Source: an uncultured Planctomycetaceae bacterium
Lineage (GTDB): Bacteria > Planctomycetota > Planctomycetia > Planctomycetales > Planctomycetaceae
DNA length: 64,000 nt
NCBI GenBank assembly: GCA_963815195.1
Contig: CAWFGE010000023.1
Span: 96,001 to 160,000, forward strand
Direction of reading: 5' to 3'
Of the stretch, positions 30,435 to 41,239 are shown in pieces. A model generated the notes under the pieces. It saw nothing but the letters and a program-made list of their open reading frames with translations, did not search any database and was not told where the DNA came from. Both the position numbers and the translations under genes were made by a program. Position 1 is the first letter of the stretch, and each line of letters starts with the position of its first letter.

Positions 30435-30727
30435 AGATTCTGACGCTCGCCTGCCCGGTCTCGAAATGTTACGGCACGGTCTTTTTCTCCGAAGACGAAG
30501 ACGGTCAATACTGGATGTGCGATTGTTGCGATTCCCGCTGGTTCGATACGAAGAACCTCATGAAGGAAATCGCGGAGATCATCAAGACGTTTCCTTATCG
30601 AAAGCAATTGTATCGCAAGGCCGAAGACGGCTACGAACCGGTTGAGTGGGATGGGGACATCATGGATTACTGCGATCTGGTCGAGAAAGAACCTCGGGAT
30701 AAACGAGCAGGGAAGAAACGGGGGTGA
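30431..30727 (+). CDS. Small Zn-ribbon protein, paralogue 2
   Basis: MKILTLACPVSKCYG...YWMCDCCDSRW...FPYRKQLY...DYCDLVEKE aligns end-to-end with paralogue 1. Confidence 0.7.
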   Translation: MKILTLACPVSKCYGTVFFSEDEDGQYWMCDCCDSRWFDTKNLMKEIAEIIKTFPYRKQLYRKAEDGYEPVEWDGDIMDYCDLVEKEPRDKRAGKKRG

Positions 30728-30848
30728 AGCTTGGTCTCCAATGACCAATTCTTTTAGAGGCCAGGGAAATCGAGGCGAACTCAAGCGAAACGTAAAAAAA
30801 TATGCATTTTGACGATTGGTCATTGGTGCCCGCTCATTGGGATTTCTA

Positions 30849-32060
30849 ATGTCGACCTTCTTCCGCAAGCACGGCAATGAAATTGGTTTGCTGCTCGCGA
30901 TCGTTGCTGTGGTCGCATTGACGGCCGTGATGGATCCGTCGTATCGGCTGAAACCTTGGATCAATGCCCAGGAAATCCTGCGGCAGTCCGCGCTTCTGGG
31001 CATCTTCGCTTTGGGGGCGGCGACGGTGATTATCTCCGGCGGGATCGATCTTTCCAGCGGTTCGGTGATCGCCTTCAGCGGCACGGTTTCGCTTTCGATT
31101 TTGTATGTGCTGGCTCCGCTCGATGACAGCGGCAACCCGATTATGTCGCATTTCCCGCTGTGGATGCTGTTCGTCTCCGTGTGCGGGACGCTGGTCGCGG
31201 CGGTATTGATTGGGAGTTTTCACGCGTGGCTGATTACCGTCGTGGGCTTGCCGCCGTTCGTGGCGACGCTGGCTTCGCTCGTGGGCCTCCGCAGCCTGGC
31301 CCGCGTCTTGACGACCAACATCACCGAGGCCGTCACCGGGCGGAGCAATACGCAGATCTATATCGAGGACGATTTTTTTCGCGAGTGGGGCCGATCCTGG
31401 TGGATCCCGCTTTTGATTTTTTTGGCGATGTCGTTGGTGATGTGGATTTTGCTCAGCCGGACTGTGCTGGGCCGGCGGCTGTATGCGATGGGTGGGAACG
31501 AAGACGCCGCCCGCTTGAGCGGCATCCGCACCGACCGCTTGAAGTGGGTCGCGTATTGCCTCGGCAGCGTGACGGCGGCGATCGCGGGGATTCTGTGGAC
31601 CGGCTACGTCGGCGTGGCCCAACCCTCGACGCAAGGCCAAGGGGAAGAACTCAACGCGATCGCCTGCGCCGTCGTGGGCGGCGTGAGTCTCCAAGGCGGC
31701 GTGGGCACGGTGGGCGGCACGATGCTCGGAGCCTTGTTCCTCCGCGTCGTGATGGATTCCGTCAACAAGGTGGTCAAAAGCCATTCCGACGAATTTCAAG
31801 GTTTGATCGTGGGAGCCCTCGTCGTGCTCGCGGTGGCGTTTAATGAAATCCGCCGGGCTGGCGGCCTGCGCCGCCGATTCTTCCCCGGCTGGCTGGGCAC
31901 GGTCAACATCGGCATCCTGAGTTTGCTCGCGGGCACGATCACCGGCCTGATGGTCGGCCAAAACAAGCTCGCCACGGGTTTGATCGTCGGTTGCGCCCTC
32001 TTGGTGCTGTTGTCGATCAAAAGATGGAGCGAAGTCCAAACGGACCGGAAGCCGGGTTGA
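30849..32060 (+). CDS. Sugar ABC transporter permease (RbsC family)
   Basis: IISGGIDLS, LPPFVATL, GRRLYAMGGNEDAARLSGI, ELNAIACAVVGGVSL.GG.G. Confidence 0.92.
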   Translation: MSTFFRKHGNEIGLLLAIVAVVALTAVMDPSYRLKPWINAQEILRQSALLGIFALGAATVIISGGIDLSSGSVIAFSGTVSLSILYVLAPLDDSGNPIMSHFPLWMLFVSVCGTLVAAVLIGSFHAWLITVVGLPPFVATLASLVGLRSLARVLTTNITEAVTGRSNTQIYIEDDFFREWGRSWWIPLLIFLAMSLVMWILLSRTVLGRRLYAMGGNEDAARLSGIRTDRLKWVAYCLGSVTAAIAGILWTGYVGVAQPSTQGQGEELNAIACAVVGGVSLQGGVGTVGGTMLGALFLRVVMDSVNKVVKSHSDEFQGLIVGALVVLAVAFNEIRRAGGLRRRFFPGWLGTVNIGILSLLAGTITGLMVGQNKLATGLIVGCALLVLLSIKRWSEVQTDRKPG

Positions 32061-32149
32061 GAACAAACTTAGCCGCGAATTGGCGGCGAACTGCGGCCGC
32101 CGCTCTGATGCGTCGAGCACAAAGACGGCTCAAGGCGACGGGCGAACGT

Positions 32150-35063
32150 TCATGGCTCTTTCAAGGCTTGCGCGAGTTCCTCGAAGCAGCGGGTGAAATC
32201 GGCGTTTCGACCGGCGGCTTTTTCGAGATTCCCGCGCGGCCCAACGTTTCCATTTCCTGGGCGAAGGCCACCGCCTGGGCGGCATCGAAATTGGATGCGA
32301 GCCCCTTGAGCGTATGGGCGGCACGGGTGACGCGGTCTGCATCGGCCGCCTCGATCCCTTTCCCGCACTCCTCCAAGAGATCGGAATAGTCCTGAAGGAA
32401 ATAGTCGATCAAATCCTTTAAGAGGCTGTCGTTCTGGCCCAAGCGCTTGCGGGCGGCGTCCAGGTTGAGAATTGGTTCCGCGGAGGTTTTCTCTTGACGC
32501 CGCTTCTTTTCCGATGACGCCTCGGGCGGCGGCTTTCCCTCGGCGGAGGGAGTTTTCGAGGCCGCTTCGCGACCGTTGCGGCAGGACTCTTCGATCACTT
32601 CGAGCAGCGCGTGGGCATCGATGGGCTTGGGCAAATACGCGTTCATTCCCGCCGCAAGGCATTTGTCGCGGTCTTGTTTCATCGCGTGGGCGGTGATGGC
32701 GACGATCGGGACGCCGGCTTTGTCGGCATCGGGCATCGCGCGGATGGATTGGGTGGCTTCGAGTCCGTCCATCACGGGCATCTGGATGTCCATTACGATC
32801 ACATCGAACTCCGACTGTTCGAGTTTGTCCACCGCCTGTTTTCCGTTTTCGACAAGCGTGACCTGGTGGCCGCCGTGCTTCAAGATCGCGCGGATAACCT
32901 GCTGGTTGGCGCGGGTGTCTTCGGCCACGAGCACCGACAACCCGGCGCCGGGCGGGCAATTCTTCGGCTTGGGCTTCGCCCGCTTCGGTTTTGCCGCGGC
33001 GGGCCTGCTCTCGCCGGAGGGCCGAGCCATGCCTTCGGGCAATACTTTGAAGGGAACCTGGCAGGTAAATGTTGCTCCTTTTCCCGCCGCGCTCTCGACG
33101 GCGATGCTGCCGTGCATCTTTTCCAACAGCTCCCGGCAGATCGCGAGGCCCAAACCGACGCCGCCGTGCCGCCGCGTCATGGTCGCATCGCTTTGGGTAA
33201 ACGGTTCGAAGATCCGCTTTTGATCTTGTGCATCGATGCCTTGCCCCGTATCGCGGACGCGGAACTCCAACACGACGTGATCGTCCCGGCGGGAGAGCCG
33301 CTTCACAGCCACATCGATTTCCCCCTGCTCGGTGAACTTGATCGCGTTTCCCACGAGGTTCATCAGGATCTGCTTGAGACGCCGGCCGTCGCCTTCCAGG
33401 GTGTCGGGGACATTTTTTTTGAGATGGCACGAGAGCGCGAGGCCTTTCTCCTCGGCGCAAGGTTAGAATGTGCATGGCTTCGTCGATCGTCCGGCGGAGG
33501 GGAAACGGCTGGCTGACAATCTCAAACCGCCCCACGTCCAGCCGGGAAAAGTCCAAAAGGTCGTTGAGCAGCATCAAGAGCACGTCCGCCGATTCCCGCG
33601 CCGTGCCGAGGTGCTCGCGGACCAGTTCGGGCACGTCGGGATTGGCCCGCGACAGATCGACCATGCCGATGATCGCGTTCATCGGCGTGCGGAGCTCGTG
33701 GCTGATGTTCGCGAGGAACTCGCTTTTCATGCAGTTGGCGATTTCCGCCTGCTGCTTGGCGTCGAGGAGTTCCTGCTCGTGCCGGATTCGCCGCGTGATG
33801 TCCCGTTCGATGCACGCCGAGCCCACGATGTCCCCCTGCGCGTCGCGGATCGGCGAGATGGTGATGGAGACATCGATCAGCCGCCCGTTCTTCCGCCGGC
33901 GGACGGTTTCAAATTGCCGAAGCGGCCGCCCGTGTTGGACGACATCCTGAATTTCCGGCTCTTCCTGGGCGATGTCGTTGGGCAGTATCAATGAGATGGG
34001 TTTGCCCACCGCGTCTTCCATGCGGTAGCCGTAGACCTGCTCGGCCCCCTGGTTCCACGAAGCGATCACCCCGTCGGGCGTCTTGCTGATGATGGCGTCC
34101 TGCGACGATTCCACGATCGTCGCCAACAATCGGCGTTCTTCGTCCCAGCGGCGGCGTTCAAAAATGTCGCCCAACTGCTTGCCCAAGGTGTTGAGCAACA
34201 GCAGCAAATGCGGCGAGGGCGCGACGCCTCGGGGAGAGAAGAACTCCAGCACCGACACGAGCTGGTTTTGAACGAACACCGGAAACCCGAACGCACCCCA
34301 GACGTTGAGCTCGGCCAGAGAAGCCGCCGCGGAAAACGTCGGATCGGTGGAGATGTCCGCGATCCAGCACGGCTTTCGCCTCTCCCAGATCTGGCCGGGA
34401 AATCCCTCGCCCCGCCGGAGCCGGAAACCGTCCACCGCGTCCCGGAGCACATCGATCGGCGTGTCGTCGGCGGTGCGCACAGATTTCGGACGACGTCAGA
34501 AGCTCGCCCGTGGGGTCCGGCAGCCATGCGTGCCCGATCGTCCAGCCCGTCAGTTCGCAGATTCTCTCGATCGAGCGGCCGAGCGCCTCTTCAAACGACA
34601 AAGCCGTCGCCGAGGCCATCGTGGTTTGATAGAGGAGTTGGATCGTGGTGGTTTCGGGCTTGATTTGCGGGACCAAAGGCGACTCTTGCGAAACGTCGCG
34701 AATGTAAGCCGCGTACAGCGGTTGCGGCTGGATGCAGATTGGCACGATCGAGATCCCGACCATCACCCGCGAGCCGGTTTTGTGCTGGCCCACGACCTGG
34801 AACAGCGTGCCGGTTTGACTCAGCCGGTCCTCGTGCTGAATCTGAATGAAGCTTTCCCGAAAGGCTTCCCGTTCGGACTGGGGGGCGATCAACTCCTGGA
34901 GCGGCTGGCCCAACGCTTCGTTCCGCCGCCAGCCGAACAGCTCGCTGGCCTGGGAATTCCACTCCTGAATCCGGCCCTCTTCGTCCAGGATGGCGATACC
35001 GTCGAAGGCTCCCTCGGCAAAGGCCCGGAGCGACTCCCATGGTACTTGTGGCGAGTTGGACAT
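32150..35063 (-). CDS. Hybrid sensor kinase PAS-GAF-PAS-HisKA-HATPase-REC-Hpt; 3 apparent frameshifts
   Basis: PAS (EWNSQASELFGW), GAF (GEGFPGQIW), PAS, SHELRTPMNAI, NLVGNAIKFT, DTGQGI, GxGLGL, VLVAED/MDIQMP/KP, Hpt AHTLKG. Breaks at about 34480, 33457 and 32232. Confidence 0.9.
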
Positions 35064-35344
35064 TACTGGCGATTTTTTTGGCGTGAAGGCGTTGTAACGG
35101 AGAGGACTCGTCCACTGAAAAGGGGGAAAAAGAAAGGGGATCATCTCGTTGCCCGCAATTCCCATGCCCTCGCCTCGTCAACTTAATCCTTTGAGCCGAG
35201 ATTGCAATGCAGGTTTCGCTTGGATTGAAGGAACCGGCTGTTCGGTGGTCGTTCAGGCTGCGCGATCATCTGGCGCCCAGAGATTCCCGGCCGGTTATGT
35301 GGGATATTCGGCCCATCCCGATCGATGGGAGAAGGCAGGCGGCC

Positions 35345-35360
35345 CGGCGCGAATTTTGCA
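35345..35360 (+). promoter_or_regulatory. Candidate sigma54 (-24/-12) promoter
   Basis: cGGcgcgaattttGCa matches YGGCRCG-N4-TTGCW, about 65 nt upstream of the SSADH start. Confidence 0.4.
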
Positions 35361-35424
35361 CAATCACATCGCTTGAAAACGAATCACAAACACCGGTCCC
35401 GAGAAACCTGCCACGGAATGTTCG

Positions 35425-36795
35425 ATGCCTGAACTGCTCAAATCCATCAACCCCGCAAACCAGAAACTCCTCGCGGAGTATCCCGAAACCTCGCCCGGCG
35501 ATGTGGAGGTGCGATTGAAAATGGCGGAGGACGCCTTTTTGATCTGGCGGGAGACGCCCTTCGCCGAGCGCGCCAAACGGCTGACGAGGCTGGCGGAACT
35601 TCTTCGGGAAAGTCAAACCGAACTCGCGGAGTTGGTGACCCGCGAGATGGGAAAACCGATTGTCCAGGCCGAAGCCGAGATCGAAAAATGTGGCTGGCTT
35701 TCGGAGTATTACGCTCGGACGGGGGAGAAGTGGCTCGAACCTGCGGGCGTGGAAACCGACGCAACGAAATCCGGCGTGCGCTACGAGCCGCTCGGAGCGA
35801 TTTTGGCGATTATGCCTTGGAATTTCCCCTATTGGCAGGCGTTTCGCGCGGCCGTGCCCGCGATCGCAGGCGGGAACGTTTTGGTGCTGAAACATGCGGG
35901 CAACGTGACGGGCGTGGCCCTCAAAATCGAAGAGTTGTTCGTGCAAGCGGGATTTCCGACCGGCGTTTTCACGACGTTGATCTTGCCGCGGAAGCGGACG
36001 GAGGATCTCATTGGGCATCCCGCGATCCGAGGCGTGACGTTGACGGGCAGCGAACGGGCCGGGCGTTCGGTGGCGGCGGCGGCCGGGCGGGACATCAAAC
36101 CCACGGTGCTGGAACTGGGCGGCTCGGATCCGTTTTTGATTCTGGCCGATGCCGACCTTTCCCAGGTCGTGCCGCAGGCCGTGTGCGCGAGGACGCAGAA
36201 CTCCGGCCAAAGCTGCATCGCCGCCAAACGGTTCCTCGTGCACCGCTCGCTCGCGGGACCCTTTGAAGAGGCGTTCGTCCGGGAAATGCAGTCGCTTCGC
36301 GTGGGCGATCCCCTGGACCGCGAAACCCAAATTGGCCCCATCGCCCGCGGAGATTTGCGCGAGCAGTTGCACGAGCAGGTTCTGAAAACCGTCGCCGCCG
36401 GCGGACGATTGTGCTTGGGCGGCGAGTTTGTGGATCGCCCTGGATTCTTCTATCGCCCCACCGTGCTCGCCGATGTCGAACCGGGGATGCAAGCGTTTGA
36501 CGAAGAAACCTTCGGACCCGTGGCCGCCGTGATTCCCTTTGAGGACGATCGCCAAGCCGTGAACCTCGCCAATGCCTCGAACTACGGATTGGGCGCCAGC
36601 ATTTGGACCTCGAGCCAGAACGCGGCGGAGGAACTCGTGCCGCACATCGAAGCCGGAGCGGTTTTCGTCAACGAGATCGTCAAGTCCGATCCCCGCCTGC
36701 CTTTTGGCGGCATCAAACATTCCGGCTACGGCCGCGAATTGGGCCGGGAAGGACTCCACGCGTTTATCAACAAAAAGACCGTCTGGTTCGCGTAG
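35425..36795 (+). CDS. NAD(P)-dependent succinate-semialdehyde dehydrogenase (GabD1/Sad type)
   Basis: SINPA, IMPWNFP, LKHA, TGSERAG, LELGGSD, NSGQSCIAAKRF, EETFGP, PFGGIKHSGYGREL. Confidence 0.9.
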   Translation: MPELLKSINPANQKLLAEYPETSPGDVEVRLKMAEDAFLIWRETPFAERAKRLTRLAELLRESQTELAELVTREMGKPIVQAEAEIEKCGWLSEYYARTGEKWLEPAGVETDATKSGVRYEPLGAILAIMPWNFPYWQAFRAAVPAIAGGNVLVLKHAGNVTGVALKIEELFVQAGFPTGVFTTLILPRKRTEDLIGHPAIRGVTLTGSERAGRSVAAAAGRDIKPTVLELGGSDPFLILADADLSQVVPQAVCARTQNSGQSCIAAKRFLVHRSLAGPFEEAFVREMQSLRVGDPLDRETQIGPIARGDLREQLHEQVLKTVAAGGRLCLGGEFVDRPGFFYRPTVLADVEPGMQAFDEETFGPVAAVIPFEDDRQAVNLANASNYGLGASIWTSSQNAAEELVPHIEAGAVFVNEIVKSDPRLPFGGIKHSGYGRELGREGLHAFINKKTVWFA

Positions 36796-36938
36796 ACGGC
36801 TGATCTTTCGCGTATCGCTGAGCGCAGCGAAGGGCATGGCGATCGCCAAGACCACGCCCTTCGTTCCTCAGGCGCGCTACCCGGCCGGGGCGATCGCCCT
36901 GCGACTCATTTCCCCCGAAGCCTGTTTGTTGAGGGGAA

Positions 36939-38049
36939 CTATTCGGCGTCCGAGCGGACTTTGTCCGAAACAGGCAAGCCGTTTTCCTTGTAAAACCGTT
37001 CGGGGTTCTGCTTGAGGAATTCGATCATTGCGGGCAGCGTGTCGCGGAGGCGATGTTTCGGTTCCCAATCGAGCTTGGTGTGGGCGTGGGTGATCATCGC
37101 CGCGTAATGGTCGTCCGCCAGATCGATCATCCAAGGCTTGATGAAGGGCTTGTGCTCTTCATCGGCCGCAAACTTCTCCTGCACCCAGGCCCCGGCTTTG
37201 GCGACGGTCTTGGGAATGCGAATCGTCGGCCATTCGTGGCCGTGGATCAATTCGCCGAGCTCATCCTGCAGTTCCGCGTAGCTCATCACGTCCGGTTCCG
37301 CGATCAGAAACAGCGACTCGTCCCCGAGTTGCCGGCGGTGCGCGACGACCTGGTAAAAACACTCCGTCAGGTCTTCGAGATGGACGAGCGCTTGCCCGTG
37401 CGAGGCGTTTCCGGGAAACACGTAGCTTTCCAACTGCTTTTCGTAAATCCGCGCGATTTGCTGCGAGACGGGCAGCGAATGGCAGTTTTCATCGTAGACC
37501 CCGGCGATCCGCAGGATGACCGTGGGAAACCGCCCGCGTTCCTCGTGGATGGCTTTCTCGGCTTTGAGCTTCGATTGCGGATAAGCCCATTCCGCCCGCG
37601 TTTCGGAAAGTTCCGAAATGTGCCGGCCTTTCTCGTCCGGCTTCATCACGAGCAGGCTGCTCGAAAACACAAACTGCTCCACGTCCAGGTTCTGGCGATG
37701 CAGTTCGCGCAAGAACCGCCGGGTGCCCTGCACCGTGAGTGCTTCATACAGCGGGCTCGGCTCGCCGGAAAAATCATAATACGCGGCCAGATGAATCACG
37801 CTGGCAATCCGCGGCCCAAACCGCTCGCGCACCGTTTGCAGCACGGACCCGACGCTCTCGTCATCCGTGAGATCCGTCTTGATGAACTCCAAATCGCCGC
37901 GGGACGAGCTCGGAGATGTCCAGCCCCACAATCTGAAACTCATCCGCGAGCCGCTCGGAAATCCGCGTGCCAAGCAGTCCGCTGACTCCCGTGATCAAGA
38001 TCGCGGGCTTTTGGAGGCAAGCGTTGGTATTGGTGGTATCGGCATTCAT
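36939..38049 (-). CDS. NAD-dependent epimerase/dehydratase (extended SDR); 1 apparent frameshift (~37905)
   Basis: [11 protein letters not shown] in one frame; [24 protein letters not shown] and [14 protein letters not shown] in the next. Confidence 0.85.
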
Positions 38050-38107
38050 GGTTGTGACCTTCTTGTGCAGTTGGACCGGTGGAAACCGGCCGCATCGCGT
38101 GATCTTC

Positions 38108-38761
38108 CTAGTTCGTTGGAAGCCGGGAATTGTCCGAAGACGACTCGTCGGTCGCGTCTTGGGAGTTGTCGTCGGCGTTTGAGTCGTTGGACGGGAACGC
38201 CTTCTCGGTGGCATCGAAGCTTTGTTTCAAATCGTTCCACGCATTCGTTGTGCCTTCCCGGAATTTTCCCCACGCGTCTTCCGAAGCGGACTTCAAGTTG
38301 TCCAGTTTCTCATCAACCTCCCGGCGTTTGGCTTTCAAGGTTTTCAGCTTGTCTTGCCACTTCTGTTTCGCCTGGCCTTGAAGCTTGTCGATCTTGGCAT
38401 CGAGGTCGTCGATTTTCTCATCCAGCTTGTCCAACTGGTTGGAAAGCTCGCTGACATATTCCTTCTTGGTGTCGGCGGCAAAGCGGCCCGCCGCGTTGAG
38501 GGCTTCGTTCGATTCCTGGATCACCTTGTTGGCCGTGACTCGATTCGGGCGGTCCTCTTCGGCCTCGCCGTCCGGCCGGATGGATTCGGTGGCTCCGTTG
38601 TTCTCCGTGTTCGTTTCGCTTTCCGCGCCGCTGGGAAAATCGCCGGGCTCCCGCTGGGACACCTCCGGCACTTGGTGCGGGGCGTTCGGGTGCTCGGCGG
38701 TATCCTGGCAACCTGCCAGCAAGACGGCCGCACAAAAGAAACTTCCAGTCAATAGACGCAT
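38108..38761 (-). CDS. Lipoprotein with C-terminal coiled coil (stress-protein-like), paralogue 1
   Basis: Lipobox LAGC; KKEYV..L...LD.LD.KI..L...AW..F..G...AW. Confidence 0.75.
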   Translation of the reverse strand: MRLLTGSFFCAAVLLAGCQDTAEHPNAPHQVPEVSQREPGDFPSGAESETNTENNGATESIRPDGEAEEDRPNRVTANKVIQESNEALNAAGRFAADTKKEYVSELSNQLDKLDEKIDDLDAKIDKLQGQAKQKWQDKLKTLKAKRREVDEKLDNLKSASEDAWGKFREGTTNAWNDLKQSFDATEKAFPSNDSNADDNSQDATDESSSDNSRLPTN

Positions 38762-38851
38762 GTCATCGTCTCCTTTCATTCCGGTTTCGATTCGTAAAGC
38801 TCCAACCTCGCGATTTCCCACATTGCACCGGCGTCCGGTCCCCTGCCGTTT

Positions 38852-39517
38852 TTACACGACTTCCGCCTTCTTCGGCGCGGCGTTGGATTTGTTGGAGGGC
38901 TTTTCCTTTGCAGGGGAGGATTTCTTGTTCGCGGGAGTTTCTTTCTCGTTCGCCTCCGGTGGGGCGAATTCCTTCAGGGCGGCGTCGAGACTGGTTTTGA
39001 ACCCCTCCCAGGCGTCCGTCGTCGTTTCCCGGAAGTCTGCCCATTCGCCTTTTGAGGTGGCCTTCATTTCGATCAACAATTGGTGGGCTTGTTGACGTTT
39101 GAGCTGCAGGGTCATCATCCGGTCTCGCCACTTCTGCCGCGCGGGACCTTTTAACATTTCCCCTTTCGCCCTCAACTCCTCGAATTTCTTATCGAGCCTT
39201 TTCATCGCGTCCGAGAACTTCGCGACATATTCGTCTTTGGTTTTCGCGTGGAACGGGCCGGCGGCGTTCCCGGCGGCGTTTTCTTCGTGGATCACGGTGG
39301 GCACCGGCGCGGTTTCGCTGGGCTCCTCGAGGGGACGGTGCGCCGTTTCATTTGCGTGATTTGCTCCGCGGCGAACCCGAGTCGGTTTCACGGCTGCGAC
39401 GTCGGGTTTAGGATTGAGATCGCTGGGCGTATTGCCGACGTTCGTGCCATCCTGCTCCTCGTGGCAACCCAAAAACAGAACGGAAATCGCAAGAAAACTT
39501 CCGATCAACAGGCGCAT
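38852..39517 (-). CDS. Lipoprotein with C-terminal coiled coil, paralogue 2
   Basis: MRLLIGSF...FLGC; TKDEYV...KWRD...EWADFRE...AWE aligns with paralogue 1. Confidence 0.75.
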   Translation of the reverse strand: MRLLIGSFLAISVLFLGCHEEQDGTNVGNTPSDLNPKPDVAAVKPTRVRRGANHANETAHRPLEEPSETAPVPTVIHEENAAGNAAGPFHAKTKDEYVAKFSDAMKRLDKKFEELRAKGEMLKGPARQKWRDRMMTLQLKRQQAHQLLIEMKATSKGEWADFRETTTDAWEGFKTSLDAALKEFAPPEANEKETPANKKSSPAKEKPSNKSNAAPKKAEVV

Positions 39518-39591
39518 GGGGGATCTCCCTTGGTGCTGGGAATGACTCTTGGAGGAATTGGGCGCAGCGAAGCCGTTTCCGCGGTTTCATT

Positions 39592-39801
39592 CTATTCCGC
39601 CAGGCGAAAGCCGATCTTGACGGTCGCCTGAAAATGAGCGACCTGCCCGTCTTGGATGTCGCCCCGCAGTTCCAAGACTTCAAACCAGCGCAGCTCCTTG
39701 ACCGATTGGCCCGCCTTCGCGATCGCGTTGCGAATGGCATCGTCACTGGACTTCGCCGAGGTGCCCACGACTTCGATCTTTTTGTAAATATGGTCTTCCA
39801 T
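39592..39801 (-). CDS. Dodecin (flavin-storage protein)
   Basis: 69 aa: HIYKKIEVVGTS...AIRNAI...LRWFEV..RG.I..G.V.HFQATVKIGFRL. Confidence 0.93.
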   Translation of the reverse strand: MEDHIYKKIEVVGTSAKSSDDAIRNAIAKAGQSVKELRWFEVLELRGDIQDGQVAHFQATVKIGFRLAE

Positions 39802-39914
39802 CGGGAACCTTTCGATGTGTCAAATTCGCCGCAGGGCGCTCGCCCCGGTTGTTCCTTGCACGAACTGGACGCGAGCGTGTTCCGGCTGTTCCAGCTTTTG
39901 CCATTGACAATGTA

Positions 39915-40391
39915 CTACGGGTCCTCGCTTTGATCGGGAGCGAGTTCCTCATCACGTGCCGCCCAACCTTCATTGGCGATGCGTTGCTCGACCATCGCGG
40001 CGAGGCTTTCAAAAAACTCCTGAACCCGCGGGGCGGAGTCCTGATCGGCCAACTGCCGATAAAACGCCGCGAGCGCCTTGTCGAATTCCTGCTTCCATTC
40101 CACGACGTCTTCGGGCTTCTCGCCCGTGGGCATCGGGGACTCGTTGAGAAACCGCTCCAGGTCTTCGGTGGGGACGTATTGGATCCATGTGTCCAAGACG
40201 GCGGAATCGCCCTCGTTCTCGTATTGGGCCAGGGCCCGGTCCATTTCGCGTTCGCCCCGGCGAAATGATTCGAGCAGATAATCCGATCGGCGGTCGCCGA
40301 TCGTCTGTTCCGCCGCTTCGACTTCGCGGCGCAGCCTGCGGTGGAACCGCCGGACGTTTTCGAGGATTTCCCTCACGGATTGGTAAGTCAT
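39915..40391 (-). CDS. Hypothetical helical (ferritin-like four-helix) protein
   Basis: 158 aa, all-helical pattern, FH...LL...VLDTWIQY. The fold call is an inference. Confidence 0.6.
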   Translation of the reverse strand: MTYQSVREILENVRRFHRRLRREVEAAEQTIGDRRSDYLLESFRRGEREMDRALAQYENEGDSAVLDTWIQYVPTEDLERFLNESPMPTGEKPEDVVEWKQEFDKALAAFYRQLADQDSAPRVQEFFESLAAMVEQRIANEGWAARDEELAPDQSEDP

Positions 40392-40842
40392 GTGTTAGGG
40401 ACTCGCCGCGGAATGCCAGACATCTCCGATTCGACGCGAACCGGAGGAAGATTCGATGCGGCTGAATGGGATGCAGACGATGTGCCGATCGAATCGCCGA
40501 TGGAGGAATTCGGAAAATCTCCCGCAATTCGCCTCCGGCCTGCGGGAAAACGGCGCGCGTTGCACGACGACCCGACACGGCGAATTTCGGCGGGAACGGA
40601 GAAGGAAACCGCCGCCCCCGCTCGCGGGAGGGCTCTTGCGCCGTTTCTGAATCGGCCGTGGGACGAAGAGGCCTCGGGATCTTGGGAGATGTCCTGATGT
40701 TTTGTTGGGCGTTCGAACAAGCGTGCGCTCGGCATGTGATTCGCGGCAGGGATTCCATCGCGGGCGGGCCATGGCTGAATCGCTTTGCCCCAGGGAAATT
40801 CATAAAACGTCACGAGGGACCACGCATCGAAAAGGACAGATC

Positions 40843-41169
40843 ATGCGCAAGATTAATCGCGAAGAAGCTCGATCGCTGTTGGAAGACGGGAAACACGTGG
40901 CAGTGATCGAAGTCCTAGGCCCGGAATATTTTGAAAAATTCCATCTTCCCGGAGCCCGGAACGTGCCGTTGGACGACCAGTTCGAATCGAAAATTCAAGA
41001 CGCCGTCCCCGACAAATCCCAACCGGTGATGGTGTATTGCCTGAATGAGGACTGCGACGCCTCCCCCAAAGCGGCTCAAAAACTGGAGGAGTTGGGCTAT
41101 CAGGAAGTTTACGATTACGAGGCAGGAAAAATGGATTGGAAAGAAGCCGGCCTGCCGGTCGCGTCGTAA
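40843..41169 (+). CDS. Single-domain rhodanese-like protein
   Basis: AGGA RBS; HLPGARNVP, VYCLNEDCDAS, LEELGY..VYDYEAGKMDW..AGLP. Confidence 0.9.
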   Translation: MRKINREEARSLLEDGKHVAVIEVLGPEYFEKFHLPGARNVPLDDQFESKIQDAVPDKSQPVMVYCLNEDCDASPKAAQKLEELGYQEVYDYEAGKMDWKEAGLPVAS

Positions 41170-41183
41170 TGCTTCGTTGTAAA

Positions 41184-41216
41184 AACCGCGGGCTAGCGCC
41201 CTGCGGCTGTTTTTTT
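41184..41216 (+). terminator. REP-derived hairpin with U-tract (possible terminator/attenuator)
   Basis: ccgcgggc-tagc-gccctgcgg followed by a T7 run, between the rhodanese and VKOR genes. Confidence 0.45.
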
Positions 41217-41239
41217 GGACGCGTTAAAGAGATTGCCTC

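Noticed and set aside
24950..30840. ttggtcattgg heptamer-like repeats (24951-24976, 30738-30840) as regulatory sites
   Set aside because: Short, degenerate, low-complexity repeats; no evidence of function from sequence alone.
40413..40697. Possible small ORF between the ferritin-like and rhodanese genes
   Set aside because: No recognisable motif or RBS, and it occupies the divergent promoter region; unsupported.
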